Shown here in pieces: positions 17,772 through 26,045 of a stretch of DNA of 32,000 bases. The notes below the pieces were generated by a model that saw only the letters and a list, made by a program, of their open reading frames with translations, made no database searches and was not told where the DNA came from. The translations under genes and the position numbers were made by a program. Source of the DNA: Halomicrobium mukohataei DSM 12286 (GTDB lineage Archaea > Halobacteriota > Halobacteria > Halobacteriales > Haloarculaceae); assembly GCF_000023965.1 (NCBI RefSeq), contig NC_013202.1, positions 1,320,001 to 1,352,000 on the forward strand. The letters are read 5' to 3'. How positions within the stretch are numbered: position 1 is the stretch's first letter; every line of letters starts with the position of its first letter.

Positions 17772-18890
17772 GTGATTCCCGGCGCGAGCGACTACGACCT
17801 GTCGCTGTCCATCGACGAGGAGGCGATCGAGCAGTTGTTGCAGACGACGCCGGCCGACGTGTCGGCCGCGCCGTCGCTGTCGTTCGCGCGCAACGTCTTC
17901 CTGCCGCTGACGACGGCCTGTCGGTACACCTGTACCTACTGTACCTACTACGATCCGCCGGGCCAGGCCGAGCTCATGACCACCGAGGAGATCAGAGAGA
18001 CCTGCCGGCGCGGGGCCGACGCCGGCTGTACGGAGGCTCTGTTTACCTTCGGCGACGACCCGGACGACCGCTACACCGCGGTCCACGACCAGCTCGCCGA
18101 GTGGGGATACGAGTCGATCCACACGTACCTCCGGCGGGCCTGCGAAATCGCTCTGGAGGAGGGACTGCTCCCACACAGCAACCCCGGCGACCAGACGCGC
18201 GAGCAGATGGCGACGGTGGCCGACCGCAACGCATCGATGGGCGTGATGCTCGAAACCACCGCAGACGTGCAGGCCCACGGCGGCCCCAGGGCCAAGAACC
18301 CCGGCCAGCGGCTCAACACGCTGCGGGTGGCCGGCGAGCTCGGCGTTCCCTTCACGACCGGGATTCTGGTCGGCATCGGCGAGGACTGGACCGACCGGGC
18401 CGAGAGCATTCTGGCCATCGCCGCGATGCACGAGCGGTACGGCCACGTCCAGGAAGTGATCGTCCAGCCCGTCGTGGACAACGAGCGGTGGGACGGCGGG
18501 TCCCCGGACCTGGCGACGCTGCGTCGCGCGACGGCGATGGCCCGGGCCGGTCTGCCAGCAGACGTGTCCGTCCAGGTCCCACCGAATCTCGCGCCGGCCC
18601 GCGAACTCGTCGACTGTGGCATCGACGATCTCGGCGGGGTGTCGCCGGTGACCGTCGATCACGTCAACCCGGCCTACGAGTGGCCGGCGCTCCAGGAGCT
18701 GCGTGCCGTGGCAGACCACGCCGACGTACCGCTCCGGGAGCGGCTGCCGGTGTACGAGCGGTTCCTCGGGGACGAGGCGTGGCTCTCCGAGCGGGTCCGC
18801 GCCGCCATCGAGCGCGACGGCGTCCACGGCGAGCGGTTCCGTGCCGTGCGGGATCGGGGCGAGAATCCGGCCGGCGTCGGCGGCCGGTAG
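17772..18890 (+). CDS. cofG: FO synthase subunit 1 (7,8-didemethyl-8-hydroxy-5-deazariboflavin synthase CofG), radical SAM
   Basis: Radical-SAM cluster motif CRYTCTYCTY. The start is uncertain: I chose the GTG at 17772 (MIPGAS...), and a TTG at 17745 is the alternative. Confidence 0.88.
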   Translation: MIPGASDYDLSLSIDEEAIEQLLQTTPADVSAAPSLSFARNVFLPLTTACRYTCTYCTYYDPPGQAELMTTEEIRETCRRGADAGCTEALFTFGDDPDDRYTAVHDQLAEWGYESIHTYLRRACEIALEEGLLPHSNPGDQTREQMATVADRNASMGVMLETTADVQAHGGPRAKNPGQRLNTLRVAGELGVPFTTGILVGIGEDWTDRAESILAIAAMHERYGHVQEVIVQPVVDNERWDGGSPDLATLRRATAMARAGLPADVSVQVPPNLAPARELVDCGIDDLGGVSPVTVDHVNPAYEWPALQELRAVADHADVPLRERLPVYERFLGDEAWLSERVRAAIERDGVHGERFRAVRDRGENPAGVGGR

Positions 18891-18905
18891 CCGCCCACCG
18901 CGTTC

Positions 18906-19568
18906 TCACGAGTCCGGATCGACGAACTGCGAGAACACCCGGTGCTCGATCTTCCGGAGGTGTTCGCCGACGGTTCCGGCGGTCGCGTCGACGGCGTCGG
19001 CGATCTCCGCCTGGGTGGCCTCTCGAGGATTCTCGTAGTACCCCAGCTCGATCGCCGTTTCGAGGATCGTCTGCTGGCGGTCGGTCAGACAGGCAAAGAG
19101 GTCCTCGCCGCGAGGCGGGCGCTGGCCGGTCTCCAGCAGTTCGATCTCGAACGCCTCCCCTTCCGACGGCACCGCCTCGCTGAAGGCTCCCTCGTCGCCG
19201 ACGAAGGTGATCTCCATCGCGCCGGTGGGGTGGACCTCGATGGGCATCTCCATCATCACGGTCGACTCCTGGCGGTGCTGGAGCATCCGGTAGTTGGCCT
19301 CGTTGGGGTCGAACTGACAGTAGGCGTACCAGCGCCCCTCCGTCCCGGTGACGGCGTACTGACAGACGTAGTCGCTGTCGTCGAGGATCGCCTCGTAGTG
19401 GTCGCGGTTGCCCCGCGCCTCCGCGAGCATCACGCCGCTGCCGTCGTCGAGCAACTCGACGCGGTGGATCGCCTCGCGGGTGATGTCCTCGGCGTCGGAC
19501 AGCGCCTGCCCGAGCGGGTGGAAGGCGGTGCCCTCACGCGGCTCGACGCGAACGGTGACGTACCGCAT
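18906..19568 (-). CDS. HTH_10 (bacterio-opsin-activator-type) DNA-binding regulator
   Basis: The C-terminus LTDRQQTILETAIELGYYENPREATQAEIADAVDATAGTVGEHLRKIEHRVF is the classic haloarchaeal HTH_10 domain. Confidence 0.85.
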   Translation of the reverse strand: MRYVTVRVEPREGTAFHPLGQALSDAEDITREAIHRVELLDDGSGVMLAEARGNRDHYEAILDDSDYVCQYAVTGTEGRWYAYCQFDPNEANYRMLQHRQESTVMMEMPIEVHPTGAMEITFVGDEGAFSEAVPSEGEAFEIELLETGQRPPRGEDLFACLTDRQQTILETAIELGYYENPREATQAEIADAVDATAGTVGEHLRKIEHRVFSQFVDPDS

Positions 19569-19590
19569 ATCCGCAGTTTCTCCGGGCGCT

Positions 19591-19598
19591 ACTTAAAT
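19591..19598. promoter_or_regulatory. TATA-like box in the divergent HTH_10 / P450 intergenic region
   Basis: ACTTAAAT is centred about 27 nt upstream of the minus-strand ATG at 19568. The small palindrome CCTCGTCGGCGAGG lies next to it. Confidence 0.4.
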
Positions 19599-19653
19599 CG
19601 ACCTCGTCGGCGAGGCGACAGGCCGAGGCGGCTCCCGGCCGTCTCTGTACACG

Positions 19654-20973
19654 ATGACGACCACAGACGCCCCCGGCCCGCGTGGACTGCCCGTGATCGG
19701 AAACTCCCATCAGTGGGCCCGCGATCCCTGTGCCTTCCGCGAGCGCTGTGCCGCGGAGTACGGCCCCGTCGTCAACTACGAGATGCTGGGATGGGACACC
19801 TACATGCTGACCGATCCCGCCGACGTCAAGCGCGTCCTCGAAGATCCCGACACCTTCCCGAAACACGAACCGAGCAACGCCCAGCTGGAGGCGTTCGTGG
19901 GGAACGGCCTGCTGACGAGCGGCGGCGATCTCTGGGAGCGCCAGCGGGAGGCGATTCAACCGGCCTTCTACATGGATCACATCCGCAACTACGCCGAGCG
20001 GATGGTCGCTCAGGCCGCCGCGACCGCCGACCGCTGGACGGCCGGCGAGTCTGTCGACGTTCGGCGCGCGATGACGCGCTGTACGCTGGACATCCTCGTC
20101 GACTGTCTGTTCGGCCAGGAGATCGATCCGGCAGAACGCGGACTGTACGAGGCCGTCGAGGCGTTTCAGGCCCCACTGGAGCCCAGCAAGCAGCCGATCA
20201 CGTTCTTCGCGCCCGACTGGGCCCCGGTCCCGTTCCTGCGTCGGGCCGACCGGGCGCTCTCTCACATCGACGACCAGATCTACGACATCGTCGAAACCCG
20301 CCGCGCGGACGAGGCGGACCGCGACGACCTGGTGGCGATGTTGATCGCTGCCGACACCGCGATGGACGACGAGCAGATCCGCGACGAGCTGGTCACCTTC
20401 CTCTTTGCCGGCCACGAGACGACTGCGCTGTCGATGACGTACGTCTGGGACCTGCTCTCGCGCAATCCCACGGCCCAGCGGCGACTCCACGAGGAACTGG
20501 ACGCGCTGCTCGACGGGCGACCGACCATCGAAGACGTGTTCGACTTCGAGTACACCGGAGCCGTCATCGAGGAGGCGATGCGGCTGTATCCCCCCGCCCA
20601 CGACATCCGCCGCTCGCCCGCCACGACGGTCGAGATCGGCGGCTACACGATCCCCGAGGGGAGTCTCGTCACGCTCCCGACGTGGGTGTTGCACCGCGAC
20701 GAGCGCTTCTGGGACGACCCCGAGCAGTTCCGCCCCGGGCGGTTCCTCGACGGCGGCCGATCGGACCGTCCGGAGTACGCCTACTTCCCTTTCGGCGGCG
20801 GCCCGCGGCGCTGTATCGGCCAGCAGTTCGCGATGACGGAGGCCCAACTGATCCTGGCGACGATCGCCAGCGAGTGGACGCTCGAACGCGAGTACGGCGA
20901 CCTCGAACTGTCGGCCGCAGTCACGCTCCAGCCGAGTCACGACGTGGCGATGACGCCGCACAGGCGAGACTGA
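19654..20973 (+). CDS. cytochrome P450
   Basis: I-helix FLFAGHETT, ExxR (EEAMRLYPP), and the heme-ligand loop FPFGGGPRRCIGQQFA. Confidence 0.93.
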   Translation: MTTTDAPGPRGLPVIGNSHQWARDPCAFRERCAAEYGPVVNYEMLGWDTYMLTDPADVKRVLEDPDTFPKHEPSNAQLEAFVGNGLLTSGGDLWERQREAIQPAFYMDHIRNYAERMVAQAAATADRWTAGESVDVRRAMTRCTLDILVDCLFGQEIDPAERGLYEAVEAFQAPLEPSKQPITFFAPDWAPVPFLRRADRALSHIDDQIYDIVETRRADEADRDDLVAMLIAADTAMDDEQIRDELVTFLFAGHETTALSMTYVWDLLSRNPTAQRRLHEELDALLDGRPTIEDVFDFEYTGAVIEEAMRLYPPAHDIRRSPATTVEIGGYTIPEGSLVTLPTWVLHRDERFWDDPEQFRPGRFLDGGRSDRPEYAYFPFGGGPRRCIGQQFAMTEAQLILATIASEWTLEREYGDLELSAAVTLQPSHDVAMTPHRRD

Positions 20974-20992
20974 TCGAGGGGCGAGGGAACCC

Positions 20993-22348
20993 CTACTCGA
21001 GCATCGGAGTGCCGTCCGCCTTCGGCCCGAGTTCGGGACCGAACGGCGGGTCGTCGGGGTCGATCCGGCGACGCTGGCGGTAGTCGGTCGACCGCTCGAC
21101 GGGCACGCGGCCGACGGCGGTGATCATGTCGACGTACTCCCGGAACGTGCGCATCTCGCCGTAGTCGCCGCCGGCTCGCTTGGTGATCTCTTCCGAGAGG
21201 ATCGTCCCCATGAAGTCGTCGGCCCCGCAGGTCAGCATCTTCAGGCCCTTGGCGTCGCCGTACTTGACCCACGAGGTCTGGATGTGTTCGACGTTGTCGA
21301 GGAACAGTCGCGAGACGGCGATCAGGAGCTCGTCCTCGTCGTCTGTCGCGCCGCCAGAGACCAGCCCTTCCTCGTACAGCGGCGTCTCCTCGTGGACGAA
21401 AGAGAGCGGAACGAACTCCGTGATCGCGCCCGTGCGGTCCTGCAGATCGCGGATCCGTTCGAGGTGGAGCGCCCGGTGGGCCTCGTTGTCGACGTGGCCG
21501 TACATCACCGTCGCAGTCACGTCCAGCCCGACGCTCGTGGCCGCCTCCATGGCCGCCATCCACTCGCCGCTGTCGATCTTGCCGGGACAGATCACGTCCC
21601 GGACCTCGTCGACGAGGATCTCGGCGGCCGTTCCGGGGACGCTGTCGAGGCCGGCATCGGCCAGTCGTCCGTAGACCTCCTCGTAGTCCCAGTCGGTGCC
21701 CCGCCGGGCGTGGTAGGCCTCTTCGGGCGTCATCGAGTGGAGGTGGACGCCGCCGACGCTCATCGCCTCGATCTGCTCGCAGTAGGTGCCCGGATCGGTG
21801 TCGTACTCGCCGGCCGGCCGATAGTTCAGGTCGCCGCGGTCGCTGGCCGCGAGGATCTCGCGGTGTTCCTCGTCGAGCGCGAAGGCGGGGTGCAGTCCCG
21901 AGACGGAGGTCACCTCGTAGATCCCCATCTCCAGGGCGTCGGCGACGATCTCGCGGGACTGTGCGGGCGTCTTGGTGAACCCGCCGTGATCGTCCTGATA
22001 GGACGTGCGGAACTGCTCGGATCGGTCCTTGAAGTTACAGAACTGACAGCCCGTGTTACAGGCCGTCGTCACGTTGTTGTTGAGGTTCGCGACGAAGGTG
22101 ACTTCCTCGCCGACGACCTCGGCGCGGCGACGATCCGCGGCTTCCAGGACGAGTTCCTTGCGTCGCGGGTCGATCCCCGAGCGGTCGGTGCCCGTCGTCA
22201 GGAGCTCGATCGCGTCCTCGACGGACAGTCGCGTCCCGTTGCGGGCCTTCGCCAGCGCGTTCTCGAAGGCCTGGTCCGTCTCGGGGCGGTGGGAGAAGTC
22301 GAACTCTCCCCGCGGGACGTTCGCCGCTGTGTCGAAGGCGTCCGGCAT
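20993..22348 (-). CDS. cofH: FO synthase subunit 2 (CofH), radical SAM
   Basis: Radical-SAM motif CNTGCQFCNF. 451 aa, with CofH-like length and layout. Confidence 0.88.
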   Translation of the reverse strand: MPDAFDTAANVPRGEFDFSHRPETDQAFENALAKARNGTRLSVEDAIELLTTGTDRSGIDPRRKELVLEAADRRRAEVVGEEVTFVANLNNNVTTACNTGCQFCNFKDRSEQFRTSYQDDHGGFTKTPAQSREIVADALEMGIYEVTSVSGLHPAFALDEEHREILAASDRGDLNYRPAGEYDTDPGTYCEQIEAMSVGGVHLHSMTPEEAYHARRGTDWDYEEVYGRLADAGLDSVPGTAAEILVDEVRDVICPGKIDSGEWMAAMEAATSVGLDVTATVMYGHVDNEAHRALHLERIRDLQDRTGAITEFVPLSFVHEETPLYEEGLVSGGATDDEDELLIAVSRLFLDNVEHIQTSWVKYGDAKGLKMLTCGADDFMGTILSEEITKRAGGDYGEMRTFREYVDMITAVGRVPVERSTDYRQRRRIDPDDPPFGPELGPKADGTPMLE

Positions 22349-22482
22349 CGTCTACCGATAGGCACAGGCAAGCAAAAACGTGGCGGGACCGGGGGATCTG
22401 GCCAGTTGTTACTCGTCCGGTCGACGAGACGAGGGGCTACCCCAACTACACGAGAGGTCGGCTCGCGCTGTCGACGGCATCA

Positions 22483-22561
22483 TACGGAAAGTTGTAGTTG
22501 CTTACCGGTGAGCGTCGCAACGGGGTAGACGCTCACCGGTAAATTCCTACAACCGTCCGTA
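22483..22561. mobile_element. type-A palindromic MITE-like element (79 bp) flanked by direct TCA/TCA
   Basis: Ends are TACGGAAAGTTGTAG...CCTACAACCGTCCGTA, with a perfect 15-bp inner stem TTACCGGTGAGCGTC. Flanks are TCA at 22480-22482 and TCA at 22562-22564; the latter is the reverse-strand TGA stop of the antiporter gene. Confidence 0.55.
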
Positions 22562-23581
22562 TCAGTTCGGGATGATGCCGACGATCACACCCGCCGTCTC
22601 CAGGACGACCCACACGACGAACGCGGCGTAGGCGACGAGCAAGGCGTATGCTTCGGCGGTCGTCATCTCCATATCCGTCCGGAGGCTGGTAAAGAGCAAC
22701 AGCGTCGCCAGCGTGAGAATGCCGAACATCGGGACGGCCATCTCGAAGTCGATCGTCGCCTCGCCGACGATGAGGACGCCGACGGGAATGGCGACGAGTA
22801 GATCGAACGTGTTCGATCCGAGCACGTTGCCGAGCGAGGCGACGGCCTTGTCGTCTCTCGCAGAGCGGACGCTGACGAGCGAGTCCGGCAGGCTCGTCGC
22901 TCCCGCGATGATCGTCACGCCCATGATGAAATCCGGAACCCCCAGTGCTGCGCCGATGACGCCGACGGAGTGGACGAGGTAGTGGACGGCGACGAGGATC
23001 ACCAGCAGGCCGGCCAGCAGGAATCCCCACTGGCGACCCGCGTCGATCCCCGCTGCCTCGCTCGGGTCGGCCTCGTGGTCGTTCGTGTCTTGCACCTGGA
23101 TGAAGACGTAGAGCCCGTACATTCCGATGGGAATCAGCGCCAGCGGTCGGGTGACGTTGCCAAGCAGCGTCTCGCCGTCGACCGGATAGTAGATCACGGC
23201 CATCGCGAAGGTGATCACGAGCACCGACACCGCGAGCATGTAAAACTGGGCCTCTTTGTACACCAGCGCCCGGTTGGACTCCATCTCGCCGTCTTTGGCG
23301 ATGGCAGACACCGCGGGGATCACGAGGATGTTGAAGATCGCCGAACCGACGATCGCACCGACACCGAGCGACAGCGACCCCTGCAACGCCGCGGCGACGA
23401 CGCTCGCCAGTTCCGGGAAGCTGGAGCCGATCGCGGCGATGACTGCACCCTGCACGACGAGGGGCAGGCCGTAGTAGGTCGCGAGTTCGTCGCTGGCCGC
23501 TTCGAGCCAGCCGCTGCCCTTCCAGATCGCGACCGTCGCCGCCAGAATGATACCGATGTCGATCAGCAAAACCCCAGTCAT
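22562..23581 (-). CDS. Ca2+/Na+ antiporter (CaCA family)
   Basis: Two alpha-repeat motifs, GSSFPELAS and GATSLPDSLVS, in a polytopic protein. I chose the start at MTGVLLIDIG (23581). Confidence 0.85.
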   Translation of the reverse strand: MTGVLLIDIGIILAATVAIWKGSGWLEAASDELATYYGLPLVVQGAVIAAIGSSFPELASVVAAALQGSLSLGVGAIVGSAIFNILVIPAVSAIAKDGEMESNRALVYKEAQFYMLAVSVLVITFAMAVIYYPVDGETLLGNVTRPLALIPIGMYGLYVFIQVQDTNDHEADPSEAAGIDAGRQWGFLLAGLLVILVAVHYLVHSVGVIGAALGVPDFIMGVTIIAGATSLPDSLVSVRSARDDKAVASLGNVLGSNTFDLLVAIPVGVLIVGEATIDFEMAVPMFGILTLATLLLFTSLRTDMEMTTAEAYALLVAYAAFVVWVVLETAGVIVGIIPN

Positions 23582-23687
23582 CGAGTGACGGTCCTGCCGG
23601 GCCGGAGTTAGGTGTTTGGTTGCCCGCCCGAGCCCCGACGGTACGAAGTGCAAACGCCTTTGTCCGGGCACGCCGACGCTGGCAGTA

Positions 23688-24716
23688 ATGACGAGCGTCA
23701 AGGAGTTCCGTGTCGACGAACCGGCCACCGCCGATCAGCTGGGCCGTGGCTCGTTCGTGTTCACCGACGACTACTCCGTGTTCGACTGGGGCAAGATGCC
23801 CGACGAGATTCCCGACAAGGGGGCGTCGCTGTGTACGATGGGTGCGTTCAACTTCGAACTCCTAGAGGAGAACCACGTGCCAACCCACTACGAGGGCGTC
23901 GTCGTCGACGGCGAGGTCGTCGAACTCGGCGACGCGCTCGCGGCCGGTGTCGCTCCCGACGAGATGTCGATCTCGCTGACCCAGGTCCCCGACCTGCCCT
24001 TCGACGGAGGCAGCTACGACTACGACGCGTACCACGCCGAGGCCGGCCAGAACTACCTCGTTCCACTGGAGATCGTCTTCCGCAATCGCGTGCCGGTCGG
24101 CTCCTCGCTCCGGAGCCGGACCGATCCCAGCGATCACGGGCTCGACCTCGACAGTTGGCCCGACGAGGTGGTCGAACTCGACGAGCCGATCGTCGAGTAC
24201 TCGACGAAATACGAGGAGCAGGACCGCTATCTCGATCCCGCCGACGCCGACGAGATCGCCGGCCGCGCCGACATCGACCGTCTCGACGAACTCGCCCGCG
24301 CGGTCAACCACGTCGTCACCGAACAGGCCGCAGACGCCGGGCTCGTCCACGAGGACGGCAAGATCGAGTGTCTCTACTACGAGGGCGAGATCCGGGTCGC
24401 AGACGTGGTCGGCACCTTCGACGAGAACCGCTTTTCCTACGACGACCAGCAGGTCTCCAAGGAGGTCGTCCGCCAGTACCACAAGCGAACCCAGTCCGAG
24501 TGGGTCGCGGCCGTCGGCGACGCCAAAGACCGCGCGGACGAGGAGGGCGTCGCCGACTGGAAGTCGCTGTGTGATCGCCAGCCCGAACCGCTCGACGAGG
24601 ACGTCCTCGGCGTCGCTCGGGACCTCTACTGTGCCGGGACCAACGCCTACGTAGCGGCCGACGTGTTCGACGCCCCGTCGCTTGACGCTGCGGTCGCCGC
24701 CGCTCGCGACCTGTAA
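23688..24716 (+). CDS. purC: phosphoribosylaminoimidazole-succinocarboxamide (SAICAR) synthase
   Basis: [49 protein letters not shown]... is the long haloarchaeal PurC form. Confidence 0.85.
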   Translation: MTSVKEFRVDEPATADQLGRGSFVFTDDYSVFDWGKMPDEIPDKGASLCTMGAFNFELLEENHVPTHYEGVVVDGEVVELGDALAAGVAPDEMSISLTQVPDLPFDGGSYDYDAYHAEAGQNYLVPLEIVFRNRVPVGSSLRSRTDPSDHGLDLDSWPDEVVELDEPIVEYSTKYEEQDRYLDPADADEIAGRADIDRLDELARAVNHVVTEQAADAGLVHEDGKIECLYYEGEIRVADVVGTFDENRFSYDDQQVSKEVVRQYHKRTQSEWVAAVGDAKDRADEEGVADWKSLCDRQPEPLDEDVLGVARDLYCAGTNAYVAADVFDAPSLDAAVAAARDL

Positions 24717-24809
24717 CGCGCGCCGTCGTTTCACACTATCGGGGCCGTGTGTCCGGTCGACCGCAGGCAGTCGTTGGGTCGATCTACCGGTCGACGATAA
24801 TCCGTATCA

Positions 24810-24887
24810 TACTGCCGGCTGTAACTTCGTGAAGATCTTCGCCACCCCGGGGTGGCGAAATCGTTCGCAGATTTACAGCCGGTAGTA
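24810..24887. mobile_element. type-B palindromic MITE-like element (78 bp) flanked by direct TCA/TCA
   Basis: Ends are TACTGCCGGCTGTAA...TTACAGCCGGTAGTA, with an inner perfect stem TTCGCCACCCC/GGGGTGGCGAA. Flanks are TCA at 24807-24809 and TCA at 24888-24890; the latter is the reverse-strand TGA stop of purU. Confidence 0.55.
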
Positions 24888-25862
24888 TCAGTCGTCGGCC
24901 TCGATCTCGTCGTCTTCGCCGGCAACGAACTCGCCAAGTCCGTCGATGGGCCGATCCGGATTCTGTTCGTCGAGCTCTCGTGGTGCGCCCAGTTGGGCGT
25001 CGACCTCGTCGGCGTTCCGGAGTTTCGTCCGGCCGCGGTGGACCGTCACCTCGTCTTCGAGGTGGAGTCTGATGGCCTCCAGCAGCGCCTCGGCTTCGAG
25101 TGGCTGACCGATCTGCTGGAGTTGCTCTTCGGTCGCGTCGTCGGGGACGTTGAACGCCCGCTGGGTGATGATCGGTCCCTGGTCGAGATCCGTCGTCACG
25201 TAGTGGGCCGTGACGCCGGCAATCCGGACGCCCTCCTCGATCGCTTGCATGTACGCCGACGCGCCGGGGAACGCAGGCAGCAGCGACGGGTGGACGTTGA
25301 TGATCCGACTCTCGTAGCGGAAGACCACGTCGGGGCTGAGAATGCGCATGTACCGTGCGAGAACGATCAGATCGGCGTTGTACTCCGAGAGGAGGTCCAG
25401 GAGCTCTCCCTCGTCGGGAGTCCCCTTCTCGTCGCCGATGTCGTGGAAGGGAACGTCGTACTTCTCGGCGAGGGGCCGGAGGTCCGGATGGTTCCCGATC
25501 ACGACATCGATGTCGGCTCCGAGGTTGCCGCTGGCCCACGCCTCGAACAGCGCTTCGAGACAGTGGCTCTCCTTGGTGACCAGGACGGCGATCGACTGCG
25601 TCTCTCGGTCGGCCGGGAATCGGACCTGCACGTCGACGCCGAGTTCGTCTCCCAGATCGTGGAGGTCGTTTCGCAGCGTCGCCTCCGTACAGACCATCTC
25701 GCCGGTGTCGACGTGCATCGTCATGCGGAACACGCCTTCTCGGACCGCCTGGTCCAGGTCTTCGATGTTGATGCTGCGCTCGAACAGGAGACTGGTGACC
25801 TCGGCGATCAGGCCCGTGTCGTCGTCGCCGACGACCGTGATCTCCGTCAGATCGTGCGTCAC
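24888..25862 (-). CDS. purU: formyltetrahydrofolate deformylase (ACT domain plus formyltransferase)
   Basis: The ACT-like N-terminus reads THDLTEITVVGDDDTGLIAEVTSLLFERSINIEDL. The formyltransferase motif is INVHPSLLPAFPG. I prefer the GTG at 25862, because the upstream 41 codons reaching the ATG at 25985 have poor G/C at third positions. Confidence 0.85.
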   Translation of the reverse strand: MTHDLTEITVVGDDDTGLIAEVTSLLFERSINIEDLDQAVREGVFRMTMHVDTGEMVCTEATLRNDLHDLGDELGVDVQVRFPADRETQSIAVLVTKESHCLEALFEAWASGNLGADIDVVIGNHPDLRPLAEKYDVPFHDIGDEKGTPDEGELLDLLSEYNADLIVLARYMRILSPDVVFRYESRIINVHPSLLPAFPGASAYMQAIEEGVRIAGVTAHYVTTDLDQGPIITQRAFNVPDDATEEQLQQIGQPLEAEALLEAIRLHLEDEVTVHRGRTKLRNADEVDAQLGAPRELDEQNPDRPIDGLGEFVAGEDDEIEADD

Positions 25863-26010
25863 GCCCACCACCTCGTGACGATCGTGCTCATCATTGCCCG
25901 TTCGTCGGGCGTGCCACTCCAAAAGCCTTCGTGTTGGCCGCCAACCCTGGCCAACGCCACCCAATCTTTCCACCAGATGGGACAAACATTCTTTACCCGG
26001 ATAGACGAAA

Positions 26011-26018
26011 TTATAAAT
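26011..26018. promoter_or_regulatory. shared, possibly bidirectional, TATA box
   Basis: TTATAAAT is centred about 32 nt upstream of the ATG at 26046 (+) and about 28 nt upstream of the minus-strand ATG at 25985. Confidence 0.4.
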
Positions 26019-26045
26019 GCGGAGACGAAACCATGCCCCACCTAG

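Noticed and set aside
24720-24806. A possible degenerate full type A element upstream of the TCCGTA at 24801-24806.
   Set aside because: The region has some self-complementarity (CCGGTCGACC / CCGGTCGACG-type repeats) but no recognisable left terminus. Only the 6-nt end is convincing.
25863-25985. A 41-codon N-terminal extension of purU from the ATG at 25985.
   Set aside because: It is basic and Trp-rich with low third-position G/C, and the ACT domain starts right after the GTG at 25862. It is kept as an open question in the findings because the TATA spacing fits the upstream ATG.
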